64,000 nt of DNA from assembly GCA_963849295.1 (NCBI GenBank), contig CAWKGU010000009.1, positions 40,836-104,835 on the forward strand, read 5' to 3'. The notes under the pieces were generated by a model. It searched no databases. It saw nothing but the letters and a program-made list of their open reading frames with translations, and was not told where the DNA came from. Position numbers and translations under genes: made by a program. This DNA comes from an uncultured Solirubrobacterales bacterium (lineage in GTDB: Bacteria > Actinomycetota > Thermoleophilia > Solirubrobacterales > Solirubrobacteraceae). Each line of letters opens with the position of its first letter. The first letter of the stretch is position 1. Below are positions 24,168 to 33,450 of the stretch, piece by piece.

Positions 24168-25431
24168 ATGTCGAACATAACGATCGACTCCCTTACCCGC
24201 GCGAGCGGCGTGCAACTCCACATCACCTCACTTCCCGGTGGGCGTCTGGATGCTGATGCGTACCGCTTCGTCGACTGGCTCGCCGCCGCGGGTCAGTCGT
24301 GGTGGCAGGTGCTGCCACTCGGACCACCCGATCGACACCGCTCCCCATACAAGTCGAGTTCGGCGTTCGCGGCATGGCCAGGGCTGCTCGGCCAGCAGGC
24401 GCGTAGGCGCCCCGTGCGCCGCGAAGAGCTGATCGAGTTCCGCGAACGCGAGGCATTCTGGGCCATCGACTGGGAACACTTCAGCCGCCGGGGGGCGCTC
24501 GCCGACCAGGTCCGCTTTGACCGCGAGTGGCGCGCGCTGCGCCGCTACGCCGGGCAAAGCGGCGTCAGCATCATCGGCGACGTTCCGATCTACGTCGCGC
24601 CGAGCAGCGTCGACCATCGGGCGCATTCCGAGCTGTTTCAGCCTGGCTTCGTGGCGGGCGCCCCGCCCGACGACTACGCCCGCACCGGACAGCTGTGGGG
24701 CAATCCGCTGTACGACTGGCCCGCGATGCGTCGCCGGAGGATATCGCTGGTGGGTGGAGCGCTTCAGGCGGACGCTGTCGCTATTCGATTTCGCGCGGCT
24801 CGATCACTTCCGCGGCTTCGTCGCGTATTGGGCCGTGCCCGACGGCGCACGCAGCGCGATCGGCGGGCGCTGGCGGCGCGGACCGGGTCGCGCCGTGTTC
24901 GACGCGGCAACTCGTGCGCTCGACCAGGAGCTCCCGCTCCTCGCCGAGGATCTCGGTGTGATCACCCGTCCGGTCGAGCGTCTGCGTGACGCACTCGGAT
25001 TCCCGGGGATGCTCGTGCTCCAGTTTGCGTTCGACCCTCGCGACGCGCACAGCCCCCACCGGCTGGAACGTCACCAAGTTGACCGGTTCGTCTACACCGG
25101 TACGCACGACCACGACACAGCGCGTGGGTGGTACGAGTCGCTCGACGAGCCGCGCCGCCAGCTCGTCCGGGAGGAGCTCACTCAGTCCGGGATCACCGAG
25201 CGCGAGCCGTGGTGGGGCCTGATCCGCCTGGCTCTGAGCTCTCCCGCACGCGTGGCGATGATGCAGGCCCAGGATGTCCTCGGCCTCGGCAGCGAGGCGC
25301 GGATGAACGTGCCGTCCCGTGCGTCGGGGAACTGGCGCTGGCAGCTGCAACCCGGCGCTCTAACTCCGGCGCTCGCCAGGCGTCTGCGGGCTGCGACCGA
25401 GGATGCTAGGCGCCTGCCAGCAGCGCCTTGA
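24168..25431 (+). CDS. malQ: 4-alpha-glucanotransferase (apparent +1 frameshift near 24739)
   Basis: SGVQLHITSLPG, WWQVLPLGP, GDVPIYVA and QLWGNPLYDW are in one frame. RLDHFRGF, AEDLG and YTGTHDHDT are in the next. Confidence 0.92.
24193..24216 (-). promoter_or_regulatory. Putative SigB/SigF-type stress promoter for the glgE operon
   Basis: Minus strand GTTG-N14-GGGTAA about 30 nt upstream of the glgE start. Confidence 0.5.
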
Positions 25432-26121
25432 ACAAGACCTTCAACCGTCGATAGACGTAGCTGCAATCGCCTCGCAGGCGCCCGATCCATGTCGTCTCGT
25501 AAACGATCAGCGACGACGGGCGCACCGCGATCCGCATGCCGTCACGCTCGAGCAGATCGAGCGCCCGCTCGGCGATGAAGATCTGCCCGAAGGCCGTGGG
25601 GTGCACCTGGTCGGCCATCACGAGGTTGCGCGCGCCAAAGCCGTGAGATCGAGGACAACGCTCCCTAGCTCCGAGGCCGCCCGCTCGATCGCCTCGTTCA
25701 CGCTCGCTACCTTCGCACCCGCTCTCGGCCGGCCAAGGTCGAGCGGCACGGTCGCGGTCAGCACCCGGTCGCAGCGAGCGGCCAGAAACGAGAGCGCTTC
25801 CCGAAAGCGGGGCGCGAACGCGCCCGCGTCGAAGTCGAGCGCTCGCACGTCGTTGACGCCGATGTAGAGACAGCCGAGGTCATACCGGGCATCTGGATTC
25901 GCGGTCGCGCCCAGGAAAGCCGGGATCTGGCGGTCGACAACTTCGTTGACGGTCGCCCCGTCAGCAGCCCAGCCGGTGTACGCCATGCCCAGTCCCCTCG
26001 CCACCCACAACGCCCAGGACTGGAGCGCCACCCCCCACTGCAGCTCGCCACCGCCGTTGGTGATCGAGTCGCCGAAGGCGAGCACGCCGAGTTCGCATCG
26101 ACCGTCCGGCAACGCGGGCAA
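25406..26121 (-). CDS. SGNH/GDSL hydrolase (apparent frameshift near 25645)
   Basis: AFGDS block I and GVND block III, with DQVHP block V in the shifted frame. Confidence 0.85.
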
Positions 26122-28397
26122 CTAGAGGGTACGCGGCTTGAGCTTTGAGATCTTCAGGTTGCTGGTGTTGATGCCGTTGCCGTTGCTCACCGCCAGCGTC
26201 AGGGCGGCGGACTCCTTCTTGTGCTTCGCCAGCGCTTTGACCGCGCCACCCGGCAGCTTGAGGGTGATCGTGAGTGTTTTACCGCCGGTGATCATGTAGG
26301 TATGCGTGCCGAAGTTGAAGTGCTTCGTGTGATGCTTGTTGCGCTGCTCGGTGAGCTTGCCTGACAGCGTCAGCGTGGCCGACTGGTTGCAGGCGGCGGT
26401 GAGCGTCAGCACCCCGATCTTCGCTTGCTTGTGCTTCTTACCCTTGGGCTTCTTGACGAGCACCTTGTTGCTCGCGGCCTGCAGGCTGCACGACGGAGGG
26501 CTTGGCTTCGAGGGCTGGAACTCGAATGCGCCGATGTCGCAATGCGCACCGGCTGGCCGCGGCTCCCCGCGCTGATCGGTCGTCAATGGCGCACCGGATG
26601 GATCGGTGCAGCCACCCGGATTGCCGCCATCGATCGCCGGACTACCAGCGAGCAGCGCGCGGGTCTCCGTCGGGCCCCCGTTGTTGGCGAGCGGCCCGAG
26701 CCCGACCGAGCTCGGCGGCACGATTTTGTCGCCCGTCGCCGTAAAGCTGCAGGTATCGGGCGAATCGGTCAGGTTGTACCCAAGCGAGGTAAGGGCGGGG
26801 GCGTTGAACATCGGATCTTTGAACATGAAGCAGTTGCTGTCAGCAGAGGCCGTGTTCAGCGCGACGATCGAGTCCTTGAAGTCGACCACTGCGCTCTCGG
26901 CGAGAATTCCCCCGGCATCTCCCGAGCTGGCCGTGTTTCCGCTCAGCGTCACATTCGCCAGCACATCCGGTGCAGTTGAGTTGACGGCGCCGGCGTAGAT
27001 CCCCCCGCCGCCCTGCGGGACGCTCGCGCTCGACGCGTTCGTGCTGTTTCCGGACAGGGTCGAGTTCGTGTACGTGCTTGGGCGGCGGTGTCCTCGTACA
27101 CACCTCCTCCTCCCGAATCGCCCGTTGACCCGGAGACCGGGGCGACGTCGGAGGTGTTCTGGCTAATGTTGCTGTCGAGCACCGTCACCCCATCTTTGGC
27201 ATCGATGTTCACTCCGCCGCCGCCGTGGCAGCAGTCCCCGGCGTTGACCGAAGAGGTGTTTTGCTCAACGGTGCTGTTGGTGAGGCTCTCGGGACCGAAA
27301 ACGGCGTCGGCTCCCCCACCGGAGCAGCAGTGCGTGTTGGAGTTCGCGCCTGACGGCCCGTTGACGGTGGCGGTGTTGTTGCTCTGGGAGCTTCCGTTGA
27401 TGATCAGCGGGATATGGTCCGAGCTGGTCACGTCCATATAGATCGCCCCGCCGCCGTGGCAGCATTCGCCGTCGTTGATCGTGGCGCTGTTGCCGTCCAG
27501 TGTGCTGTTGAGGATCGAGGTGGTGCTGTTGGTGTCCTGGTAGAGGCCGCCGCCCCCCGAGCAACATCCGCTGGCGGCGTCGGTCGAGCCTCCGTTCAGC
27601 GTGAAGCTGTTGTCCGACACCTGGCTCCCGGTGATCATCATCGGAGAGATGCCGTTCGCTCCATCGCCGTAGACGCCGCCCCCGCCGTTGCAGCATTTCG
27701 AGCTGGTCACCGTCGCGGAGTTCTGCGTTACCGCGCTGCCTGAGAGCGTGACCGCGCTGTAGTCGTCGTAGATGCCCCCGCCGCCCTCACAGCAGCTGCC
27801 GTTGCTCATGATCGTGAGGGTGTTGTGGCTCACGGTGCTACCGGTGAGCGTGACGCTCCCGCCGTTGTTGTAGATGCCGCCGCCGCCCGTATCGCCGGAC
27901 GTGGATGAGATCGTCGCGCTGTTCCCGGTCACCGTGGTGTTGGTGAGCGACAGGTTCACGGCAACCGAGCTCGACACGAAGTCCACCATGATCGCCCCGC
28001 CGCCCGCACAGCAACCGCTGCTGACGGTCGCGTTGCCCCCCGTGATTGTGACCCCCTGGAACGAGATCGTCTGGCTCGACGCCGGCGACGCCATCACGTG
28101 GAACACGCGGCTCGAGCCGCCTGAGGCATCGATCACCGACGAACTCGCGCTCGCGCCCTGAATCGTGAGCGGCGCGACCGAGATCGGGATTTCGCCGGAG
28201 GTGACCTGATAGTGCGAGTTGTTCGCCGGCAACATCACCGTGTCACCGGCGCTCGCCGAGGCGATCGTCGCCCGGAGGCTGCCGGGTCCAGAGTCCGCGG
28301 TCGAGGTGACGGTCAGCGTCGCCGCATGCGCGCTTGCTGCAGCCCAACCGACCACGAGCAAAACGACCGAAACCAGCCCCAAAAGCCGGAGTCTCAT
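26122..28397 (-). CDS. Secreted beta-helix repeat protein with CCxGGG motifs (paralog 2; apparent frameshift near 27080)
   Basis: ORFs 26949-28415 and 26122-26964 join into a protein colinear with 8083-10359. Confidence 0.85.
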
Positions 28398-28498
28398 TGA
28401 CCCCACACAACCCACGCAGCCACCCTCTCATAATCCCCCAGCCGGTGCAACCGGGAAGATTTCGCCCTACCGCGACGTCGTTAAGCTCAAGGAAAGCC

Positions 28499-29173
28499 AT
28501 GCGCAGAGAGAACGAACCCCTTACAGAGCGCGAGCGCCAGATCGTCGAGCGCATCCACGAGACACACGCGAGCGTGCGAGCGCCCGAAGCCCTGCGTGCG
28601 CGAATCGAGGCGATGCGTCCGAGCCCCGCGCGAGCGGGCCGGCAGCGGGTCCGTTACGGCGGCGCGCTAGCTGGCGCGCTGGCGGCGGCCGCGCTCGCGT
28701 TGGCGCTGGTGCTGCCGGGCGGCAGCCCCGGCTCGCCGTCGGTCAGCCAGGCCGCGGCACTCGCCCTGAACGGGCCCTCGTCGCCCGCGCCGGCCGCCGA
28801 CTCGTCCGCGCCGAACGTCAAGCTCGGCCGCGACGTCGAGGACGTCTACTTTCCCAACTGGGCGACGCAGTTCCACTGGCGCGCGGTAGGTCAGCGGAGT
28901 GACCGGATCGACGGGCGCGAGGCCGCAACCGTGTACTACGCCTGGCACGGCGCGCAGATCGCCTACACGATCGTCGCCGCCCCGGCGCTGAAGGAGCCCG
29001 CCGCAAGCACGAAGATGCTCAACGGAACGGAGCTGCGCACGCTGGATCTGGCCGGCCGCGTCGTCGTCACCTGGCGACGCGCGGGGCACACCTGTGTGCT
29101 ATCGGGCAGCGGCGTCAATCCTGCCGTGCTGCAGGAGCTGGCGGCGTGGAAGGTCCCGGGGGAGATTCGCTGA
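28499..29173 (+). CDS. Single-pass membrane protein, putative anti-sigma factor
   Basis: Short N-terminal cytoplasmic helix, TM segment GALAGALAAAALALALVL, extracytoplasmic C-terminal domain, adjacent to an ECF sigma. Confidence 0.6.
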   Translation: MRRENEPLTERERQIVERIHETHASVRAPEALRARIEAMRPSPARAGRQRVRYGGALAGALAAAALALALVLPGGSPGSPSVSQAAALALNGPSSPAPAADSSAPNVKLGRDVEDVYFPNWATQFHWRAVGQRSDRIDGREAATVYYAWHGAQIAYTIVAAPALKEPAASTKMLNGTELRTLDLAGRVVVTWRRAGHTCVLSGSGVNPAVLQELAAWKVPGEIR

Positions 29174-29654
29174 TCAGCGAGCTTGCAACGCGCTGGCGGG
29201 CGCGATGCAGCCGTGTAGTGATCGTCGCCTCCCGCACTCGCAGCATCCGCGCGGCCTCGCGGTAGGAGAGCCCGACCACATCGATCGCAACCAGCGCGTC
29301 GCGGAAATCGTCGGGGAGCGCCGCGATCGCCGTGAACAGCTCAGCGTTCTCGATCCGCGATTCGGGGGAGACAGCGCTGCGGTCCTCGATCAGGTCGAGG
29401 TCGTCGGGCAACGGCGCCGTCTGCGGGCGCCGCGCCGCCGCCCGCCGTGCGGAGAAGAAGGTGTTGCGCAGGACCCGCAGCAGGTAGCCGAGGTCATCCT
29501 CCGAATGCAGCAGCCGCGGCTTTTGCAGCACCCGGGCGAAGGTCTCCTGGACCAGGTCCTCGGCCTCCTGGCGCGAGCCACAGAGGCCCCACGCGGCTCG
29601 ATACAGCCGGTCGATGTGGTCGCCTAGCGCCTCCGGGTCAAGCTGCCGAGTCAG
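29115..29654 (-). CDS. ECF RNA polymerase sigma factor; start uncertain
   Basis: Region 2 AEDLVQETF and region 4 LSYREAARMLRVREATITTRLHRAR. Confidence 0.9.
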   Translation of the reverse strand: MTRQLDPEALGDHIDRLYRAAWGLCGSRQEAEDLVQETFARVLQKPRLLHSEDDLGYLLRVLRNTFFSARRAAARRPQTAPLPDDLDLIEDRSAVSPESRIENAELFTAIAALPDDFRDALVAIDVVGLSYREAARMLRVREATITTRLHRARQRVASSLISESPPGPSTPPAPAARQD

Positions 29655-30742
29655 GCCTGCAATTCTGACAGCGACCGCGGTCCCGGTCCGACGTATTTCG
29701 CCGTCGGGCGGATCAGGCGTCCCTCGCGCTTCTGCTCGAGGATGTGGGCCGACCACCCCGCCGTGCGCGCGCACGTGAACATCGAAGTGAACAGCTCGGG
29801 CGGGACCCTGGCGAAGTCGAGCACCACCGCCGACCAGAACTCAACGTTCGTCGCCAGCACGCGGTCGGGATAGCGGACCTGGAGCTCGGCCAGCGCCGCT
29901 TCCTCGAGCGCCTCGGCCACTTCAACCCGGGGTGAGCCGAGCTTGCGCGAGGTCTCGCGTAGCACCCGAGCGCGCGGATCCTCGGCGCGATAGATCCGGT
30001 GCCCGAAGCCCATCAGCCGTTCGCCGCGGTCCAGCAGGTCCTTGACATAGCGCTCGGCATCGCCGGTGGCAGCGACGTCGTCGAGCATCTTCAGCACGCG
30101 CGACGGTGCACCGCCGTGGAGTGGGCCGGACAGGGCGCCGACCGCCGCGGAGAGCGCGGCGGCGACGTCGGCGCCCGTCGACGCGACCACTCTTGCTGTG
30201 AACGTCGAGGCATTCATTCCGTGCTCCGCGGCGGAGATCCAATAGGCGTTGATCGCCTCCACATGCTTGGGGTCGGCTTCGCCGCGCCAGCGGATCAGGA
30301 ATCGTTCGGCAATCGACGTTGCCTTATCGACCTCCTTCTGCGGGATCGGCGGCTTGCCGATTCCCCGCGCGGACTGCGCGACGAACGACAGCGCCATCAC
30401 CGACGCGCGGGCGAGGTTATCGCGGGCCTCCTCGTCGGAGATGTCGATCAGCTGGCCGAACCCCCACTGAGGCCCGAGCATCGCCAGCGCCGCCTGCACG
30501 TCCACCCGCGGATCGCCCGAGCGGACGGACAGCGGATGCGGCTCGGCGGGCAGCATCCCGGGGAGCAGCGTCCCATCGACGAGCAGGCCCCATACCTGCC
30601 CGAAAGGCACGTTTCCGACCAGCTCCTCGATGTCGACCCCGCGATAGCGAAGCGCTCCTCCCGCCCGATCAGGTTCGGCGATCTCGGTGGCAAAGGCGAC
30701 TACGCCCTCGAGGCCCGATTGAACTTCGGCAGTGGCGCTCAT
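29651..30742 (-). CDS. Citrate synthase (short actinobacterial citrate synthase 2 type)
   Basis: GLEGVVAF, AEHGMNASTF, GPLHGGA, GFGHRIY, NVEF. Confidence 0.93.
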   Translation of the reverse strand: MSATAEVQSGLEGVVAFATEIAEPDRAGGALRYRGVDIEELVGNVPFGQVWGLLVDGTLLPGMLPAEPHPLSVRSGDPRVDVQAALAMLGPQWGFGQLIDISDEEARDNLARASVMALSFVAQSARGIGKPPIPQKEVDKATSIAERFLIRWRGEADPKHVEAINAYWISAAEHGMNASTFTARVVASTGADVAAALSAAVGALSGPLHGGAPSRVLKMLDDVAATGDAERYVKDLLDRGERLMGFGHRIYRAEDPRARVLRETSRKLGSPRVEVAEALEEAALAELQVRYPDRVLATNVEFWSAVVLDFARVPPELFTSMFTCARTAGWSAHILEQKREGRLIRPTAKYVGPGPRSLSELQA

Positions 30743-30765
30743 GCACGCAAGGGTACTGTTCGCCA

Positions 30766-32210
30766 ATCGCTGACCTTCTCCACAGACCGGCGGTCGAGCT
30801 CGCGGGGCTGATCCGCGCCGGCGAGCTCAGCGGGGTCGAGCTCGTGTCGGCGTCGCTTCAACGCATCGACGAGCTCAGCCGCACGTCAACGCCTTCACCC
30901 ACGTCGCACACGAGTCTGCGCTCAAGGCCGCGTCCGCGATCAAGCCCGGCGATCCGCGTCCGTTCGCCGGCGTCCCGATCGCGATCAAGGACAACAAGCC
31001 CGTCGCGGACATGCCCCTCACGATGTGCAGCGACCTGTTCGGAAACCTGGTCCCGCCATACGACTCATTCGCGGTCAGGCGGCTGCGCGATGCGGGCTTC
31101 GTGATCGTCGGCAAGACCGCGCTGCCAGAGATGGCGATCCTCCCCACGACCGAGTCGCGCCGAAACGGGCCGACCCGCAACCCCTGGTCGCTCGATCGCA
31201 CGCCCGGCGGCTCGAGCGGCGGATCGGCGGCGGCGGTGGCAGCCGGCATGGTCCCGATCGCCCATGGCAGCGACGGCGGCGGCTCGATCAGGATCCCCGC
31301 GGCCTGCTGCGGGCTGGTGGGGCTCAAACCCGCGCGTGGGAGGATTTCGCAAGGGCCCGAGCTCGGCCAGAGCTTTCTGTCAACCGACGGGGTGCTGACC
31401 CGCACTACCGCCGACACCGCCGCCGCGCTCGACGTGCTCGCGGGCTACGAGCAAGGTGACGCGAACTGGGCACCGCCGCCGACCACGCCCTACGCCGAGC
31501 TAGCGACTCCCGACCGCCTGAAGATCGGCGTAACGCTGGAGCCGGGGCTGGCAGGCGTCGCCGTGGACCCGGTCTGTGCCCAGGCGGTGCGCGACGCCGC
31601 CGAGCTCCTCAGCTCGCTGGGGCACGAGCTTCACGAGGTTTCCGCTCCGTGGACGGGGATGGACCTGCTTCCCGACTTCACCCGCGCGTTCGGACCGATG
31701 GTCTCGATGGCAACGTTTGCGGGAGGCCGTATCGCCGGGCGCGAGCCGACCGAGACGGACGTCGAGCCGCTGACCTGGACGCTTTGGCGGCACGCGCTCG
31801 AGGTCAGCTCGGTTGACTTCCAGGCGTCGCTCACCCGGCTCGAGCGGGCGGCCCGCACGATCGTCGGCTGGATCGAGCCGCTCGACGCGGTGCTGATGCC
31901 GGCGCTCGCCCAGCGACCAGTTCCGATCGGCCAGATCAACGGCACGGGCGACGATCCCTGGGCCCACTACCGTCGCTCGAGCGAGTTCACTCCGTTCACC
32001 GCGATCTTCAACGCCAGCGGGCTGCCAGCGATCTCAGTGCCGCTCTACCATGGCGACGACAGCCTCCCCACGGCGGTTCAGCTCGCTGCCGGCCCCGCCT
32101 CCGAGCACGTGCTGCTCGGGCTCGCTGGGCAGCTCGAACAGGCGCTTCCCTGGTCGGACCGACTACCCGACCCCGAGCACGGCGCGCATCGAGCGGGGCA
32201 CGACGCCTAG
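30766..32210 (+). CDS. Amidase signature family protein (apparent frameshift near 30876)
   Basis: GVPIAIKD, GGSSGGSAAAVAAG, GSDGGGSIRIPA. The N-terminal ADLLHRPAVEL segment is in another frame. Confidence 0.9.
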
Positions 32211-33038
32211 CCGCTCGGCGTCGGCCGTGCCGTGGCGCGTGGTCATCGGCACCTCGAGCAGTTCCGCCTCGTCCCAGGTGGCGAATGCCGTGGGGCCCAT
32301 CAACAGCTCGATTGAGCGCAGCATCCGGCGGACAAGTCGCGTGGGCACATGCGCCACCCGCCGATGTCGGTGAAACGAACGCAGCGCGATCTCGACGATG
32401 TCCTCGTGTGTGAGCGTCTCCGGTCCCGCGAGCTCGTAGCGGGCGTCCTCGGCCGAATTCTCGAGCGCACGCATCACACAGTCGGCTACGTCCTCGGCCC
32501 AGATCGGCTGAAACGGCGCGCGGCCGGAGCCGGGGATCGGCATCACCGGCAGCAGCGACATCCGCTCCAGCAGCCGCAGATAGGGATCGCTCGGCGAATA
32601 GACGATCGATGGCGCGAACACCGTGTGCGCGAGAGAGGACTCCACCACGGCCCGCTCTGCGACGGCCTTGGCGCGCATCAGGCGCGCTGGGCTTCGGGTC
32701 GAGGCGCCGAGCGCTGAGAAGAACACGAAGTGCTTCACCCCCGCCCGTTCGGCGGCGCGGACGAGCCTCCAGGTGGCGACCCCCGCGAGCTCCTCGATCG
32801 AGCCCTGCGGCTGGTCGCGGATCACCGATGCAAGGTGGACGACGGTGTCGACCCCGCGCAGCGCGTGGCGGAAGCTGAGGTGATCCGATAAATCGCCGAG
32901 CGCGATCTGCACCCGGACACGCTCGGCGCCCAGGCGCCGGGGATCGCGGACGAGACACCGGACAGGGGTGCGGTTGGCCGTCAGGCGCCGCAGCAGCGGC
33001 AGGCCAATCGTGCCGGTGGCGCCGGTGAGCAGGAGCAT
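32163..33038 (-). CDS. NAD(P)-binding epimerase/atypical SDR (NDUFA9-like)
   Basis: TGATGTIG Rossmann motif, FVFFSALGA, QPIWAEDVA. Confidence 0.88.
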   Translation of the reverse strand: MLLLTGATGTIGLPLLRRLTANRTPVRCLVRDPRRLGAERVRVQIALGDLSDHLSFRHALRGVDTVVHLASVIRDQPQGSIEELAGVATWRLVRAAERAGVKHFVFFSALGASTRSPARLMRAKAVAERAVVESSLAHTVFAPSIVYSPSDPYLRLLERMSLLPVMPIPGSGRAPFQPIWAEDVADCVMRALENSAEDARYELAGPETLTHEDIVEIALRSFHRHRRVAHVPTRLVRRMLRSIELLMGPTAFATWDEAELLEVPMTTRHGTADAERLGVVPRSMRAVLGVG

Positions 33039-33070
33039 CAAGGCTGAGCGTACGTAAAATGGCCCGACCT

Positions 33071-33334
33071 ATGGCCTACGTCATTGCTGAACCCTGCATC
33101 GGGACCAAGGACAACTCGTGCGTCGAGGTGTGTCCGGTGGATTGCATCCATCCCACCCCCGACGAGCCCGACTACGACAACGTCGAGATGCTCTACATCG
33201 ACCCGGAGGAGTGCATCGACTGCGACGCCTGCGTCGAGGCCTGCCCGGTGGATGCATGCTTCGCCGAGGACCAGCTCCCGGACGAGTGGACGAAGTACAC
33301 CCAGGTCAACGCGGACTACTACGTAAAGAAGTAG
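33071..33334 (+). CDS. Ferredoxin (7Fe/8Fe dicluster type)
   Basis: MAYVIAEPC...CVEVCPVDCIH...CIDCDACVEACPV. Confidence 0.95.
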   Translation: MAYVIAEPCIGTKDNSCVEVCPVDCIHPTPDEPDYDNVEMLYIDPEECIDCDACVEACPVDACFAEDQLPDEWTKYTQVNADYYVKK

Positions 33335-33430
33335 GCCTGGCCGCATGCGGCCAGGCCCCGGCCGGTGCATGCACCGGCCGGTGGGATCGGCGCATGCGCC
33401 GATCCCCGGGGTGGCGCATGCGCCACCCCG
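33334..33430. repeat. Array of four abutting perfect 24-bp palindromes with GCATGC centres
   Basis: GGCCTGGCCGCATGCGGCCAGGCC / CCGGCCGGTGCATGCACCGGCCGG / t / GGGATCGGCGCATGCGCCGATCCC / CGGGGTGGCGCATGCGCCACCCCG. Confidence 0.95.
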
Positions 33431-33450
33431 AACAGCTAGATTAGGGTGCG

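Noticed and set aside
28453-28470. GGAAGATTTCGCCCTA as a third copy of the REP-like element
   Set aside because: Only partial similarity to one arm, with no complementary arm.
33334-33430. Palindrome array as a CRISPR array
   Set aside because: The units are not identical direct repeats, there are no spacers, and there are no cas genes in the window.
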